From Gemmatimonadales bacterium (GTDB lineage: Bacteria; Gemmatimonadota; Gemmatimonadetes; Gemmatimonadales; JACORV01), in the NCBI GenBank assembly GCA_035502185.1, contig DATJUT010000011.1, forward strand, positions 17,228-81,227: a stretch of 64,000 nucleotides of DNA, read 5' to 3'. Position 1 is the first letter of the stretch; each line of letters starts with the position of its first letter. The translations under genes were made by a program, and so were the position numbers. This document shows, piece after piece, positions 42,303 to 52,251 of the stretch. The notes beneath the pieces are model-generated. The model was not told where the DNA came from, did no database searches, and worked only from the letters and a program-made list of their open reading frames with translations.

Positions 42303-44111
42303 TCAGCCCCCGATGCCCGCCCAGGCCGCGGCCCGCCGGACGACCGCGTCCATCTCCGGCTGGTGCGCGCCGAAGGTGTCGTCCACCACGCTGAGCGTGG
42401 GGATGAGGCCCTCGCGCCGTGCGAGGGAGAGGCTGTCCGGGTCGAAGCGCCCGAAGCCCGACTCGTGCACGCCGCTGGAGCCGCGGCCGGGCGCGGGATG
42501 GCTGAGGTGCGAGAACGCGCGCACGTACGGCGCGAGCCGCGGCCAGTACACCTGGTGGAGCGGGAGACAGGCCGCCAGCGCGTCATAGAGGAACTCGCCG
42601 CAGGCCAGCACGCCCGGATGGCGCTCGCGCAGGCCGGCCACCAGGCGCCGCAAGCCCTCGTGCATGTCCGCCTGCGGGTTGTTCATCCACCCGCCCGTGA
42701 TGTCCAGGAAATAGGCGTCCACGCCGTAGCGCTCGATCGTCTCGGCGATGCGGCCGGTGAGCCAGGTGCGCCACGAGTCCACGCCGAGGTTCATGTACGA
42801 GAGCCAGCCCTCCTCGTGACGGTCGTTGTCCCAGTCCACCCAGTTCAGGTCGAAGCGGTCGCCGTCGACCTTGCTCGTCGCCGCGTCCGCGATCCCGGGC
42901 CACACCGCCTGCCGCCGGTTGGCGGCATTGGCACCGAACATCGGCATGAAGCGGAACCCGAGCCGCTGGCCCTCGCGCACCAGGCGCACGAACCCGCGCT
43001 CGCCGCCGAGGCGCTCGGCGGGCCGGTAGACCGGGTAGTCCCAGTAGTAGCGCCCGTCCCACGCGGGCAGGAAGACGAGCACGCGCTGCGGCGGAATCCG
43101 CGCGGCCACCCACTGCAGGATCTCGAGCATCCGGGCGAAGTCGTTGAACACGTAGCCGGTGTAGTGCATGCCGTGCAGCGCGACCACGAGCGCGGTCTCG
43201 TGCAGCCAGGCCGGCGCGTCGGCGCGGTCGGCGAAGCGCGGAATGCGATACGCCTTCTCCAGGTGGTCGAAGTGCGGCTGCGCGGCGGCCTCGAGTGACG
43301 CCGCGCGGCCCGCCCGCCACGTCGGCACGCGAACCTCGCGCCGGTCGAGCCAGCCCTCCGCCTCGAACACGCACTCCACCCGGTAGCCGCTCTCGCCGGG
43401 CTCGAAGTAGAAGCGCTTGGCGCGCACCTGGTCGTCGAGCGACGAGAGGAAGAAGCAGTCGCCGCCGCCCGCCTGCACGATCACCAGGGGCGTGCCGGCG
43501 CTCCACGCGGTGTTGCCCCCGTACAGGTCGCCGGCGCCGAACGGGTAGCCGACCAGCACCTCGTCGTCGTGCACGTCCACCGCGCCGCCACCCGCGACCG
43601 AGATCTTCCCGCGCGGCACGCCCCGGAGCACGGTCGTGACCGCCTTCACGGGCTGGTCCAGCGCGGCCGTGACGTCCCACTCGATCCAGTCCCCGCTGGT
43701 GCGCAGCCGCGCCTCCAGGCGCCCCGGGGCACGCTCCTGACCGCCCGCCCAGACGAGCTCCGGGGCGGTGACGACCAGGTCGCCGCCATCGACCTCCGCC
43801 CGGAGGTGGTCGGGGCTGACGCCGTAGACGTTTTCGCGGCTGAAGACGAGGAAGCCGAACCGCAGGCCGCCGTACTCGACCGACGGCTCGGGGAAGTCGA
43901 AGCTGAACTTCTGGAGCGAGTCCCCGCGCGGCGGAACGAACACCTCGCTCGTGGAGGTCAGCGGGAGGATCCGGGCCTGCGGGGGCCGGCCGTGCAGGGC
44001 GTCCGGCCCCCGGCCCAGCAGGGGGATGGCGGCGGCGGCGCCGGCGGCCTTCAGGAGATCGCGGCGCGAGATGGGGTCGGGCATGGGCTCCTCGGGCTCT
44101 CCTCTTTCCAT
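42303..44111 (-). CDS. Tat-signal secreted protein of unknown family (possible glycoside-hydrolase-like)
   Basis: Tracked 602-aa ORF with normal composition. It contains ISRRDLLKAAGAAAA (twin-Arg). An alternative start is ATG 44084 (MPDPISRRDLL). The function is not recognisable by eye. Confidence 0.6.
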   Translation of the reverse strand: MERGEPEEPMPDPISRRDLLKAAGAAAAIPLLGRGPDALHGRPPQARILPLTSTSEVFVPPRGDSLQKFSFDFPEPSVEYGGLRFGFLVFSRENVYGVSPDHLRAEVDGGDLVVTAPELVWAGGQERAPGRLEARLRTSGDWIEWDVTAALDQPVKAVTTVLRGVPRGKISVAGGGAVDVHDDEVLVGYPFGAGDLYGGNTAWSAGTPLVIVQAGGGDCFFLSSLDDQVRAKRFYFEPGESGYRVECVFEAEGWLDRREVRVPTWRAGRAASLEAAAQPHFDHLEKAYRIPRFADRADAPAWLHETALVVALHGMHYTGYVFNDFARMLEILQWVAARIPPQRVLVFLPAWDGRYYWDYPVYRPAERLGGERGFVRLVREGQRLGFRFMPMFGANAANRRQAVWPGIADAATSKVDGDRFDLNWVDWDNDRHEEGWLSYMNLGVDSWRTWLTGRIAETIERYGVDAYFLDITGGWMNNPQADMHEGLRRLVAGLRERHPGVLACGEFLYDALAACLPLHQVYWPRLAPYVRAFSHLSHPAPGRGSSGVHESGFGRFDPDSLSLARREGLIPTLSVVDDTFGAHQPEMDAVVRRAAAWAGIGG

Positions 44112-44297
44112 AGGTATAGGTCATAGGCGGCCGGGGGCCGGCGCGCAAACGGGCGCCGGCGGCCCCGGCCGACCTCTATGGCGAGGGCCCGCCCGCGCGT
44201 TACCTTTCGGCCGCCGGGCGCGTCGGAACCGCAGAGGTCGGTCGCTCCATCCCTCCGGTCGGTTTCTGGGTCTTTCGGCACGCTAGGAGGCCTCCCG

Positions 44298-46220
44298 ATG
44301 TTCCGCACGCTCCTCTCTCACGCCCGCGTCCTGGGCGTCGTCGCCGCGCTCGTCGCATTCACCGCGACCTGCAACGCCGGCGAGAAGACCGTCGCGCCGC
44401 CGCCCTCCTCCACCCTGACCAAGCTCGGCGGCGACGCGCAGACCGGACCCGCCGGTGATCCGCTGCCCACTCCGCTCGCCGTGCAGGTGGCGGATTCGGC
44501 CGGCCACGGCGTGGCCGGCGTGACCGTGACCTGGGCCGTGACCGCGGGTGGCGGCCACACGAGCGCCCGCACCAACTCCACCGACGCCTCGGGCGCCGCC
44601 TCCACGGCCTGGACCCTCGGCACCACCGTCGGCGCGAACAGCGCCACGGCCACCGTCAGCGGCCTGGCGCCGCTCACGTTCCACGGGACGGCCGTCGCCG
44701 GGCCGGCCGCCAAGCTGGTCTTCATCGCGCAGCCCGCGGGCGGGACGGCGGGAACCGCCTTCAGCCCGCCGGTGCAGGTCGCCGTCCGGGACTCGTTCGG
44801 GAACGCGGAGTCCGGGGCCGCCACCAGCGTGGGCGTCGCCATCACGACCGGGACGGGGTCGGCCGGCGCGACCCTGTCCGGCACGACGACCCGGACGGCC
44901 TCGGGCGGCACGGCCTCGTTCAACGATCTCAGCATCGACAAGGCGGCCTCGGGCTACACGCTGACGGCGACGGCGGCCGGCCTGGTGAACGGCGTGAGCG
45001 GCTCGTTCACGGTGGCCGCCGGGGCGCCCGCGAGCGTGGCGCAGCAGGCGGGCGACAGCCAGACCGCCGCGGCCGGCGCTCCGGTGGCGACCGCGCCGGC
45101 GGTGGTGGTGAGGGACGCGCTCGGCAACCCGAAGCCGGGGGTCACGGTGACGTTCACCGTCGCGTCCGGCGGCGGCACGATCAGCGGCGGGAGCCAGACG
45201 ACGAACGCCAGCGGCATCGCCAAGGTCGGCAGCTGGACGCTAGGAAGCGCGGGCACCAACACGCTGACGGCGGCCGTCACCGGCTCGGGGATCGCGGGCA
45301 ATCCCGTCACGTTCACGGCGACGGCGACGGGCGGCGGCGGGGGCGGGGGCGGGGGCGCGACCACGCTGTTCCAGGAGGACTTCGACGACGCGAACCTCGC
45401 CTCCCGCGGGTGGTACGACACGCCGACCGCCAGCGGCGTCAGCGCCAGCGCGATCACGACCGCGCAGCACGCGCCGGGGAGCACGGCGTCGCTGCAGATC
45501 AGCTTCGCGCAGGGCGGCACCACGCCCAACCCGCCGACCGCCGCCCGCCACAAGTTCACGCCGTCGAGCACGGTGTACGTGCGCTACTGGGTGAAGTACG
45601 ACTCGAACTGGGTCGGGTCGGGGCAGCCGTACCATCCGCACGAGTTCTACATCCTCAGCAACCTGGACGGCGACTACGACGGGCCGGCCTTCAACTACCT
45701 GACGGCCTACATCGAGCACAACTACCAGAACGGCGGCTACGCCATCCTCCAGACCCAGGACGGCAAGAACATCGACCAATCGAAGATCGGCGTGAACCTG
45801 GTCGGCGTGACGGAGAGCCGCGCCGTGTCCGGGTGCAACGGGACGCCCGACAGCACGGCGGACGTGCAGGTCATCTGCTACGTCAACGGCACGGCCTACG
45901 ACAACGGCAAGACCTGGAAGAGCGCCCAGCCGGTGTTCAAGCCCAACCCGGGGCCGGGGTACAAGGGCGACTGGCACATGGTCGAGGCCTACTTCCAGAT
46001 GAACTCGATCGTGAACGGCATCGGGCAGCTGGACGGCGTCGCGCAGTACTGGATCGACAGCACGCTCGTGATCGACAAGCACAACGTGCTGTTCCGCACC
46101 GGCGCCCATCCCACGATGCAGTTCCAGCAGTTCATGATGGGCCCCTACATCGGCGACGGCTCGCCCGTGGCGCAGCGCGCCTGGATCGACGACCTGGTCG
46201 TCATGACGGCCCGGCCGTAG
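44298..46220 (+). CDS. Lipoprotein: three Ig-like (Big-type) repeats, poly-Gly linker, C-terminal concanavalin-like / polysaccharide-lyase-like domain
   Basis: Tracked ORF 44178..46220. I start it at ATG 44298 (MFRTLLSHARVLGVVAALVAFTATC lipobox), which has AGGAGG 7 nt upstream. Blocks of the form V(T/A)VTW/F.V..GGG...T.ASG.A recur. A G9 run is followed by TLFQEDFDD...YVRYWVKYD...WHMVEAYF...WIDD. Confidence 0.7.
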   Translation: MFRTLLSHARVLGVVAALVAFTATCNAGEKTVAPPPSSTLTKLGGDAQTGPAGDPLPTPLAVQVADSAGHGVAGVTVTWAVTAGGGHTSARTNSTDASGAASTAWTLGTTVGANSATATVSGLAPLTFHGTAVAGPAAKLVFIAQPAGGTAGTAFSPPVQVAVRDSFGNAESGAATSVGVAITTGTGSAGATLSGTTTRTASGGTASFNDLSIDKAASGYTLTATAAGLVNGVSGSFTVAAGAPASVAQQAGDSQTAAAGAPVATAPAVVVRDALGNPKPGVTVTFTVASGGGTISGGSQTTNASGIAKVGSWTLGSAGTNTLTAAVTGSGIAGNPVTFTATATGGGGGGGGGATTLFQEDFDDANLASRGWYDTPTASGVSASAITTAQHAPGSTASLQISFAQGGTTPNPPTAARHKFTPSSTVYVRYWVKYDSNWVGSGQPYHPHEFYILSNLDGDYDGPAFNYLTAYIEHNYQNGGYAILQTQDGKNIDQSKIGVNLVGVTESRAVSGCNGTPDSTADVQVICYVNGTAYDNGKTWKSAQPVFKPNPGPGYKGDWHMVEAYFQMNSIVNGIGQLDGVAQYWIDSTLVIDKHNVLFRTGAHPTMQFQQFMMGPYIGDGSPVAQRAWIDDLVVMTARP

Positions 46221-46284
46221 CATCGCGGCAGTCCCGGCGCGCCCGCGCTTGCGGGCGCGCCGCCGCGCGACGACGTTTGCGCCC

Positions 46285-47907
46285 ATGGCCATCTACGTCG
46301 GCTTCGACCTCAGCACCCAGGGCCTCACGGCGATCGCGATCGAAGTCGAAGGGTCGCGGCGCGAGGTTGTCTTCGAGCGCTCCCTCAACTACGACGCCGA
46401 TTTCCCGGCCTACGGCACCACCCACGGCGTGCTCCCGCGCGAGGACCCGCTCGTCGCGACCTCCTCGCCGCTGATGTGGGCCGAGGCGCTCGACCGGATG
46501 ATGGGCGTCATCGCCGGGAGCGGACTCGACCTCTCGCGGGTCCGCGCTGTTTCGGGCTCCGGCCAGCAGCACGGCAGCGTTTACCTCAACGGCCACGCCC
46601 GGACCGTGCTGGCCGCGCTGGACCCGGGGCGGCCGCTGGTCGAGCAGCTCGCCGGTGTCTTCACGCGCAAGGCCTCCCCGATCTGGATGGACTCCAGCAC
46701 CGCGCGGCAGTGCGAGCAGATCACGCGGGCGCTCGGCGGCGCGGAGGCGGTGTCGCGCCTGACGGGCTCCATCGCGTTCGAGCGCTTCACGGGACCGCAG
46801 ATCCGGAAGTTCTACGAGTACGACCCGGCCGGGTACACGCGCACGGCGATGATCCACCTCGTGAGCTCGTACGGCGCGTCGCTGCTGGCGGGCCGGCACG
46901 CCCCGATCGATCCGGGCGACGGCGCGGGAATGACCCTGATGGACCTGGCGCGGAAGCAGTGGGCGCCCGCGGCGCTGGACGCGACCGCTCCGGACCTGGC
47001 GCCCAGGCTCCCGCCGCTCGCTCCGTCCTGGTCGATCGTCGGGCCGCTGGCCGACTACTGGTGCCGGCGCCACGGCTTTCCTTCCGCGCAGGTGGTGGCG
47101 TGGTCCGGCGACAATCCCTGCAGCCTGGTCGGCGTCGGGCTCGCCGGCGAGGGCGAGGTCGCGATCTCGCTCGGCACCAGCGACACGCTGTTCGGGACGA
47201 TGCGGGAGGCGCGCACCGACCCGTCCCTGGCGGCGAGCGTGTTCGGCGCGCCGACCGAGGGCTACATGGCGCTGCTGTGCTTCAAGAACGGCTCGCTCGC
47301 CAGGGAGCGCGTCCGCGACCGGGCGCGGCTCGACTGGGCGGGCTTCTCCCGCGCGCTGCGCGAGACGCGGCCGGGCAACGGCGGGGCCCTGATGCTGCCG
47401 TGGTTCGAGGCGGAGATCACGCCGACCGTGCTCACGCCCGGCGTCCGGCGCTACGGCCTGGATCCCGCGGACGCGGCCGGAGAGGTGCGCGCGGTGGTCG
47501 AGGCGCAGATGATGGCCCTGGCGACCCACTCGAGCTGGATGGGCGTGCGCGTGCAGGAGATCCGCGCCACCGGCGGCGCGGCTGCCAACCGGGAGATCCT
47601 GCAGGTCATGGCGGACGTGTTCGGCGCGCGGGTGCGGCGGCTCAAGGTGGGCAACTCCGCCTGCCTCGGCGCCGCGCTGCGCGCCTGGCACGCCGACGAG
47701 CTGGCGCGTGGACGGCGGCTGCCGTGGGGCGAGGTGGCCGCGGGATTCGTCGAGCCCGAAGAGCCGGGAGTGCGCCCGGCCCCGGCCAGCGTTCCGGTCT
47801 ATGCCGCGCTCAAGGACGTGTACGCGGCGTGCGAGGCGGACGCACTGGGCAAGGGGCCGGATCCTGGCCCGCTGATCGCAGGGTTCCGGGCCAGGTTCGG
47901 GACATGA
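46285..47907 (+). CDS. xylB: Xylulokinase (FGGY carbohydrate kinase family)
   Basis: Tracked ORF 46249..47907, started at MAIYVGFDLSTQGL. It contains GSGQQHGSVYL, WMDSST and GGAAANREILQVMADVFG. Confidence 0.85.
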   Translation: MAIYVGFDLSTQGLTAIAIEVEGSRREVVFERSLNYDADFPAYGTTHGVLPREDPLVATSSPLMWAEALDRMMGVIAGSGLDLSRVRAVSGSGQQHGSVYLNGHARTVLAALDPGRPLVEQLAGVFTRKASPIWMDSSTARQCEQITRALGGAEAVSRLTGSIAFERFTGPQIRKFYEYDPAGYTRTAMIHLVSSYGASLLAGRHAPIDPGDGAGMTLMDLARKQWAPAALDATAPDLAPRLPPLAPSWSIVGPLADYWCRRHGFPSAQVVAWSGDNPCSLVGVGLAGEGEVAISLGTSDTLFGTMREARTDPSLAASVFGAPTEGYMALLCFKNGSLARERVRDRARLDWAGFSRALRETRPGNGGALMLPWFEAEITPTVLTPGVRRYGLDPADAAGEVRAVVEAQMMALATHSSWMGVRVQEIRATGGAAANREILQVMADVFGARVRRLKVGNSACLGAALRAWHADELARGRRLPWGEVAAGFVEPEEPGVRPAPASVPVYAALKDVYAACEADALGKGPDPGPLIAGFRARFGT

Positions 47908-47911
47908 GGCA

Positions 47912-48008
47912 GGGGGTTGGGGATTGGGGGTTGGGGTTTGGGGAGCCGGAAGTCTGAAGACCGCGGTCTGAGAACTCCCCAATCCCCAAACCCCAATGCC
48001 CAAACCCC
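47912..48008. repeat. Imperfect 32-nt inverted repeat of telomere-like G-tracts (GGGGTT/GGGGATT/GGGGTTT) flanking a central palindrome; probable bidirectional terminator
   Basis: 47912-47943 reads gggggttggggattgggggttggggtttgggg and 47977-48008 reads ccccaatccccaaaccccaatgcccaaacccc. The arms are complementary at 28 of 32 positions by my alignment. The centre contains agaccgcggtct (47958-47969). The element sits between convergent stops at 47907 and 48013. Confidence 0.85.
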
Positions 48009-48012
48009 GTAC

Positions 48013-48636
48013 TCAGGCCACCAACCGATCGAAGGTGTCGAGCACCAGCTCCGTCAGCGAGCCGACGCTCACCTCGCCACCGGCGACGCCGCCCACGCCG
48101 ATCGCCCGCATCCCGCCGCGACGCGCGGCCTCGATGCCGTGCTCCGCGTCCTCCACCACCACGCGGCGCGCCGCCGGCACGCCGAGCCGCTGCGCCGCAG
48201 TGAGGAACACCTCGGGGTCCGGCTTGCCGTGGCGGACGTCCTCGGCGGAGACCAGCGCGCCGAAGCAGCGCTCCAGGCCGATCACCCGCAGCACCACCTC
48301 GACGTTGAGCCGCGGCGCCGACGAGGCGATGGCCTGCCGCCATCCCGCCGCCGCCAGCCGCTGAACCCAGTCCCTGACCCCGGTGAGAGGTGAGAGGCCC
48401 TGCGCGACCACGAGTCGGCGGTAGGTCTCCTCCTTCGCGTCGCCGATGCTGCGGATCCGCTCGGGCGTCGCGCCCTCGCCCAGCCAGGCGCGCAGGATCC
48501 GGTCGTTGCGCTGGCCGAACGTGGCGCGAAACTGCGCCTCGGATACCGTCACCCCGCCGGCCGCCAGCGCCTCCTGCCAGGAGCGCCAGTGGTGCGCGCG
48601 CGAGTCCACCAGCGTGCCGTCCATGTCCCACAGCAC
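48013..48636 (-). CDS. HAD-superfamily hydrolase (beta-phosphoglucomutase-like subfamily)
   Basis: Tracked 207-aa ORF with a GTG start. It contains LWDMDGTLVDS (DxDG), ASSAP, GKPDPEVF and VVEDAEHGIEAARRGGM. Confidence 0.8.
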   Translation of the reverse strand: MLWDMDGTLVDSRAHHWRSWQEALAAGGVTVSEAQFRATFGQRNDRILRAWLGEGATPERIRSIGDAKEETYRRLVVAQGLSPLTGVRDWVQRLAAAGWRQAIASSAPRLNVEVVLRVIGLERCFGALVSAEDVRHGKPDPEVFLTAAQRLGVPAARRVVVEDAEHGIEAARRGGMRAIGVGGVAGGEVSVGSLTELVLDTFDRLVA

Positions 48637-48655
48637 GGCCCGCGGAAGCGCCGCC

Positions 48656-49360
48656 TCACTGCTGCCCGTAGTAGGCGTCCTTGCCGTGCTTGCGGAGATA
48701 GTGCTTGTCCACCAGGTACGGCTCGGGGCCGGAGAGATCCGCCGCCAGGAGCCGCGCCGTCCGCTCCATCCGCGCCAGGACCTCGAGCACCCGGGCGTGC
48801 TCGACCGCGGCGAAGGGATCCGCGCCCCAGGTGAAGGGGCCGTGGCTGGCCACCAGCACCGCGGGGATCTCCTCGGCCGCGCGGGGGCTGCCGCCGAAGG
48901 CCTCGACGATCACCAGGCCGGTGTGGCGCTCGTAGTCCGTGGCCACCTCCGCGCGCGTCAAGGCGCGCGTCACGGGGACGTCGCCGCGGAAGTAGTCCGC
49001 GTGGGTGGTGCCGAGGCAGCGGATCGGAAGCCGCGCCTGGGCGAACGCGGTGGCCACCTCGGAGTGCGAGTGGGCGACGCCGCCGCAGCGGAACGCGCGG
49101 TACAGCTCGAGGTGGGTCGGCGTGTCCGAGGAGGGACGGAGCTCGCCCTCGAGCACCGCGCCGGTGCCGAGCGAGACCGGGACCATGCGATCCGGCGTCA
49201 GCTCCGCGTACGGGACGCCGCTGGGCTTGATCACCATGATGCCGTCCTGCCGGTCCACGCCGGAGACGTTCCCGAACGTCCCGAGCGCCAGGCCGCACTC
49301 GAACAGCTCGAGGTTGGCGCGGCACACCATCTCCCGCAGCTTCGGGGCGACCTCGCTCAT
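48656..49360 (-). CDS. araD: L-ribulose-5-phosphate 4-epimerase (class II aldolase fold)
   Basis: This is the 3' end of the giant tracked ORF 48656..53980. It contains MSEVAPKLREMVCRANLEL...GNVSGVDR...MVIKPSGV...PSSDTPTHLELY...GVAHSHS...GTTHADYF...LVASHGPFTWG. There is an ATGA overlap with the araB stop. Confidence 0.9.
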   Translation of the reverse strand: MSEVAPKLREMVCRANLELFECGLALGTFGNVSGVDRQDGIMVIKPSGVPYAELTPDRMVPVSLGTGAVLEGELRPSSDTPTHLELYRAFRCGGVAHSHSEVATAFAQARLPIRCLGTTHADYFRGDVPVTRALTRAEVATDYERHTGLVIVEAFGGSPRAAEEIPAVLVASHGPFTWGADPFAAVEHARVLEVLARMERTARLLAADLSGPEPYLVDKHYLRKHGKDAYYGQQ

Positions 49361-51045
49361 CGTGACTCCTCCCGCAGCGCGAGCAGCCGCTTCATCAGTC
49401 CGCCGAAGTCCGCCCCCGCGCCGGCGACGCCGCCGAAGGCGTCGTGCAGCTGGCGGTACAGCTCGTACAGCTCGCCGTAGACCCGGTGGGCACCGCCGTC
49501 GGGCGCGAACCGCTGGTCCTTCAGCGACGTCATGTGCCGCTGCGCGTCCTCGAACCGGTCGTACCCGCCGGCGGCGGCGCCCGCCGCCACGGCGCCCGCG
49601 ATCGCCGCGCCCAGCGCCGGCGTCTGCGGCGAGCCGGCGACGAGCATCGGGCGGCCCAGCACGTCGGCGTACACCTGCATGAACAGAGCGTTCTTCTCCG
49701 CGATGCCGCCGCAGCACACCACCCGCTCGATCGGGACCCGGTACGCGGTCAGTCGCTCCACGATCGTCCGCGCGCCGAACGCGGTCGCCTCGATCAGCGC
49801 GCGGTACACCTCCGCGGGCGAGGTATGCAGGGTCTGGCCGACCAGCAGCCCGGTGAGCCGCTGGTCGACGAGGATCGTACGGTTGCCGTTGTTCCAGTCC
49901 AGCGCCAGGAGCCCGGACTCGCCCGGCCGGAGGCGGGCGGCGCCGGACGTGAGCCGCGCGTGCACGTCCTCGCTCCCGCCCGCCGCCAGCTCGCCCCACC
50001 AGCCGAGCAGGTCCCCGACGGCGGACTGGCCCGCCTCGATGCCGTAGTAGCCCGGCATCACCGAGCCGGGCACGATGCCGCAGATGCCCGGGATGTCGGC
50101 GAGCCGCTCCTCGGCCGCGGCGACGGCGACGTCGCAGGTCGAGGTGCCGATGATCTTGACCAGCGTGCCCGCCGCCACCCCCGCGCCGACGGCGCCGTAG
50201 TGGGCGTCGAACCCGCCCATCGCCACGGGGATGCCGGCCCGCAGGCCGAGCGCGCCGGCCCACTCGGCGCACAACCGTCCCGCCGGGCGGTCGGCCGGCC
50301 ACGCTCTCGCGTAGAGGCGACCGCGCAGCTCCCCGAGCCGCGGATCGAGCCGCGCCAGGAACTCCGCCGACGGGAGGCCGCCCCAGGCGTCCGCGTACAT
50401 CGCCTTGTGCCCCGCCGCGCACACGCAGCGCTGGATCGCGGCGGGCTCCGTCACGCCGGCCAGGACCGCGGGCACGAAATCGGCCAGCTCCACCCAGCTC
50501 GCGGCGGCGTCGAACACCTCGGGCGCCACCTTGAGGCAGCGCCAGATCTTCGACCAGAACCACTCGGACGAATAGCGGCCGCCGATCGGCGCGAGGTACT
50601 CCGGCGCGTGCCGGGCCGCGGTGGCCGTGATGGCCTCGGCTTCCGCGGCGCCGGTGTGGTCCTTCCACAGCCACGCCTGCGCCGCGAGGTGGTCCCGCCA
50701 CCGCGGGTCGAGGGCGAGCGGCCGGTTGGCCGCGTCCACCGGCAGCGGCGTCGAGCCGGTGGTGTCGGTCCCGATCGCGATCACGCGGCCGGGCGAGCAG
50801 CCGCTCCGCGGGTCCGCCCCGGCCTCGGCGAGGGCGCCGCGCACCGACGCGCGGAGCCCGTCCAGGTAGTCTCCGGGATGCTGGCGCGCCAGGTGCGGCT
50901 CGCGCGCGTCCAGCAGCACGCCGCGCTCGCCCGACCGGTAGTCCGCCACCGCCGTCCCCACCGTCCGGCCGTCGGCGCAGTCCACCACGACGGCCCGCAC
51001 CGAGTTGGTGCCGAAGTCGACCCCGATCGTGAACGCGGGGGCCAC
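49357..51045 (-). CDS. araB: Ribulokinase (FGGY family)
   Basis: Tracked 562-aa ORF. It contains FTIGVDFGTNSVRAVVVD, WKDHT, GGIAEKNALFMQVYADVLGRP. Confidence 0.9.
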   Translation of the reverse strand: MAPAFTIGVDFGTNSVRAVVVDCADGRTVGTAVADYRSGERGVLLDAREPHLARQHPGDYLDGLRASVRGALAEAGADPRSGCSPGRVIAIGTDTTGSTPLPVDAANRPLALDPRWRDHLAAQAWLWKDHTGAAEAEAITATAARHAPEYLAPIGGRYSSEWFWSKIWRCLKVAPEVFDAAASWVELADFVPAVLAGVTEPAAIQRCVCAAGHKAMYADAWGGLPSAEFLARLDPRLGELRGRLYARAWPADRPAGRLCAEWAGALGLRAGIPVAMGGFDAHYGAVGAGVAAGTLVKIIGTSTCDVAVAAAEERLADIPGICGIVPGSVMPGYYGIEAGQSAVGDLLGWWGELAAGGSEDVHARLTSGAARLRPGESGLLALDWNNGNRTILVDQRLTGLLVGQTLHTSPAEVYRALIEATAFGARTIVERLTAYRVPIERVVCCGGIAEKNALFMQVYADVLGRPMLVAGSPQTPALGAAIAGAVAAGAAAGGYDRFEDAQRHMTSLKDQRFAPDGGAHRVYGELYELYRQLHDAFGGVAGAGADFGGLMKRLLALREESR

Positions 51046-51051
51046 GGCGGC

Positions 51052-52185
51052 TCAGCCGAGCAGGACCGGGCTCACCACGTCGAGCACGTCCGGGCCGGTG
51101 CCCGCCGCGCGCGCCCTGGCGATGTCGTCCTGACGCGCATACAGCCGCACCGCCTTCAGCGCGAGGTGGGCGAAGTTCACCAGGCTGCGCTCCATCGCCC
51201 GCGTCGGGTCGTCGCGGTAGGTGAACTGGTCCTGGCTGTACCAGCCGCGGAAGTCGCGCACGAAGGTGGTGTACAGGTACTCGACCGCCTCGGGCACCGA
51301 GATCGTGCCGAACATCAGGTCCTGGTCGTTGCGGCCCTGGCGCGCGTCGTTGACGTCGAACTTGTGGATCGGGACCCCGGCGTACGCCGCGAGGTCGCAC
51401 GCGGTGGACGCGGTGGTGCCTTCCATCTTCTGGTGGCCGTAGTCCACCGTGAGGCCGCAGTTCGTGCCGCCGCAGGTGTCGTTCACCCGCTGCGCCACCA
51501 GGATCGCGCTCGCCGCGGTGGGGACGATCATGAACAGCTCGCGCGGCTCGTACGGCTTCGGCTCGATCGCGAGCTTCACCCCGGCCTTCACGCATTCCTT
51601 GTTCACCGCCACCAGGGCCTCGGTGAACCACTCGAGCGACTGCCGGTAGTCGATCTGGAAGTGGTAGTCCGCGCCGTCGGAGCCCGGCCACACGCTCAGC
51701 ACCGGGATCTTGAGCGCCTTGCAGATCTCGACCGCCTTGAGGATCTCCTCGAGCGCGGCGCGCCGCAGCTCGGGCCTGGGGTTGCAGGGCCCGCCGAGCT
51801 TGAAGCGCGGGTTGGTCCAGGTGTTGATGTTGCACGCGGGCACCGTCATCCCCAGCTCGGCGAGGAAGCCGCCCTTCGCCCGCTCGATGGCCGCGGGATC
51901 CAGGTCGCCGTTCAGGGACTTCTCGAACACGTGCTGGTGGATCTCGATGGCGTCGATTCCCGCGGCCTTGGTCCGGCGACACTGCCCCTCGAAGTCGTTC
52001 CTGAACTTCGGGTCGTCGGAGTTGTAGCCCGGCGGCGCGAAGCGGTCCACGAAGTCGCCGGCCGACCAGTGGCCGACGCTCATCCGGATGTCCATCGCCT
52101 TGAGAAAGGTCAGTGCCTCGGCCCGGCCCATCGGCGTCCGGGTGGCGAGGGCGAGCTTGATCTGGTCTGCCGTGAAGCGCGGCAT
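51052..52185 (-). CDS. Xylose-isomerase-like TIM-barrel sugar isomerase (divergent XylA-type)
   Basis: Tracked ORF 51052..52272, started at MPRFTADQ (ATG 52185), with GGAGGAGG upstream. It contains SVWPGSDGADY (compare WGGREG), KLAIEPKPYEPR (compare IEPKPxEP), DYGHQKMEG and KFDVNDARQG. Confidence 0.75.
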   Translation of the reverse strand: MPRFTADQIKLALATRTPMGRAEALTFLKAMDIRMSVGHWSAGDFVDRFAPPGYNSDDPKFRNDFEGQCRRTKAAGIDAIEIHQHVFEKSLNGDLDPAAIERAKGGFLAELGMTVPACNINTWTNPRFKLGGPCNPRPELRRAALEEILKAVEICKALKIPVLSVWPGSDGADYHFQIDYRQSLEWFTEALVAVNKECVKAGVKLAIEPKPYEPRELFMIVPTAASAILVAQRVNDTCGGTNCGLTVDYGHQKMEGTTASTACDLAAYAGVPIHKFDVNDARQGRNDQDLMFGTISVPEAVEYLYTTFVRDFRGWYSQDQFTYRDDPTRAMERSLVNFAHLALKAVRLYARQDDIARARAAGTGPDVLDVVSPVLLG

Positions 52186-52251
52186 CGGGTCCTCCTCCCG
52201 CAGTGGCCCTAAGGTGGCGCGGCGGCGCGCGGCTCCGCAAGCGCCGGCGGA

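Noticed and set aside
47912-48008. G-tract repeats as a CRISPR array, a telomere or a mobile-element end
   Set aside because: There is a single inverted pair with no regularly spaced direct repeats or spacers. The location is internal to the chromosome between two housekeeping-type genes. No transposase or target-site duplication is visible. A structured intergenic terminator or REP-like element fits better.
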